Assembly: GCA_963663865.1 (NCBI GenBank) | Contig: OY760686.1 | Span: forward strand, 2,240,001-2,304,000 | DNA: 64,000 bases | Direction of reading: 5' to 3' | Origin: Spirochaetota bacterium | GTDB taxonomy: Bacteria > Spirochaetota > UBA4802 > UBA5550 | Part shown: positions 63,811-64,000 of the stretch, piece by piece | How positions within the stretch are numbered: the stretch's first letter is position 1 | Layout: each line of letters opens with the position of its first letter | Notes under the pieces: model-generated | The model's input: only the letters and a program-made list of their open reading frames with translations | Told to the model about the DNA's origin: nothing | The model's database searches: none | Program-made: the position numbers and the translations under genes

Positions 63811-63999
63811 CTATTTCTTAATATTTTTAAACGCTTGATCAAGTATGCCTTGAGAAGGCGGTCTGGAAAAAAACGTAACGGCAACCGCAGTAAGTGCTGA
63901 CACAGGCAGCGCCAGTATAAGCGGATCGAGATTCTGTAAAGCAGGTACAAGTGTATCAGTTCCGAACAGCATTCTGCACAGCCCCAGCGGTTTTGACTC
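63811..63999 (-). CDS. 3' end of a membrane protein running off the window, possibly a sodium:solute symporter
   Basis: Open frame ESKPLGLCRMLFG...DPLILALPVSALTAVAVTFFSRPP...KK* ending at TAG 63811-63813. Confidence 0.5.
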   Translation of the reverse strand, partial: ESKPLGLCRMLFGTDTLVPALQNLDPLILALPVSALTAVAVTFFSRPPSQGILDQAFKNIKK

Positions 64000-64000
64000 C

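Noticed and set aside
63705-63950. 81-aa minus-strand ORF
   Set aside because: An alternative frame ending at 63811 gives a more credible membrane-protein C-terminus.

Overview
Bacterial chromosomal window. The attC-like repeat style and lipoprotein content suggest a spirochaete related to Leptospirales (inference). The main feature is an integron-like system at about 43.2-52.5 kb: a tyrosine recombinase with IntI-like termini but without the IntI-specific insertion, a divergent attI-like site, and 7 clear plus 2-3 decayed cassettes. The cassettes are separated by long, branched attC-like sites, each cassette has its own ~20-bp terminal inverted repeats, and several encode candidate anti-phage proteins. 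A second, inverted, integrase-less array of the same attC family lies at about 1.5-4.1 kb. It has an attI-like site, a possible intI 5' remnant, IS3 and IS256 insertions at an attC, and a toxin-antitoxin cassette with an inactivated toxin. A pair of IS21-like inverted ends with no transposase brackets 35.9-58.7 kb. The rest is housekeeping genes (msrAB, aroK, mscS, htpX, phzF, pfp), a hexuronate/glycoside utilisation island (TRAP, uxuB-like, uxuA, eda, kdgK, uxaC, two GH3 lipoproteins, a porin-like protein), signalling proteins, a 2-oxoacid:ferredoxin oxidoreductase and assorted enzymes. All alignments and identity counts were done by eye.
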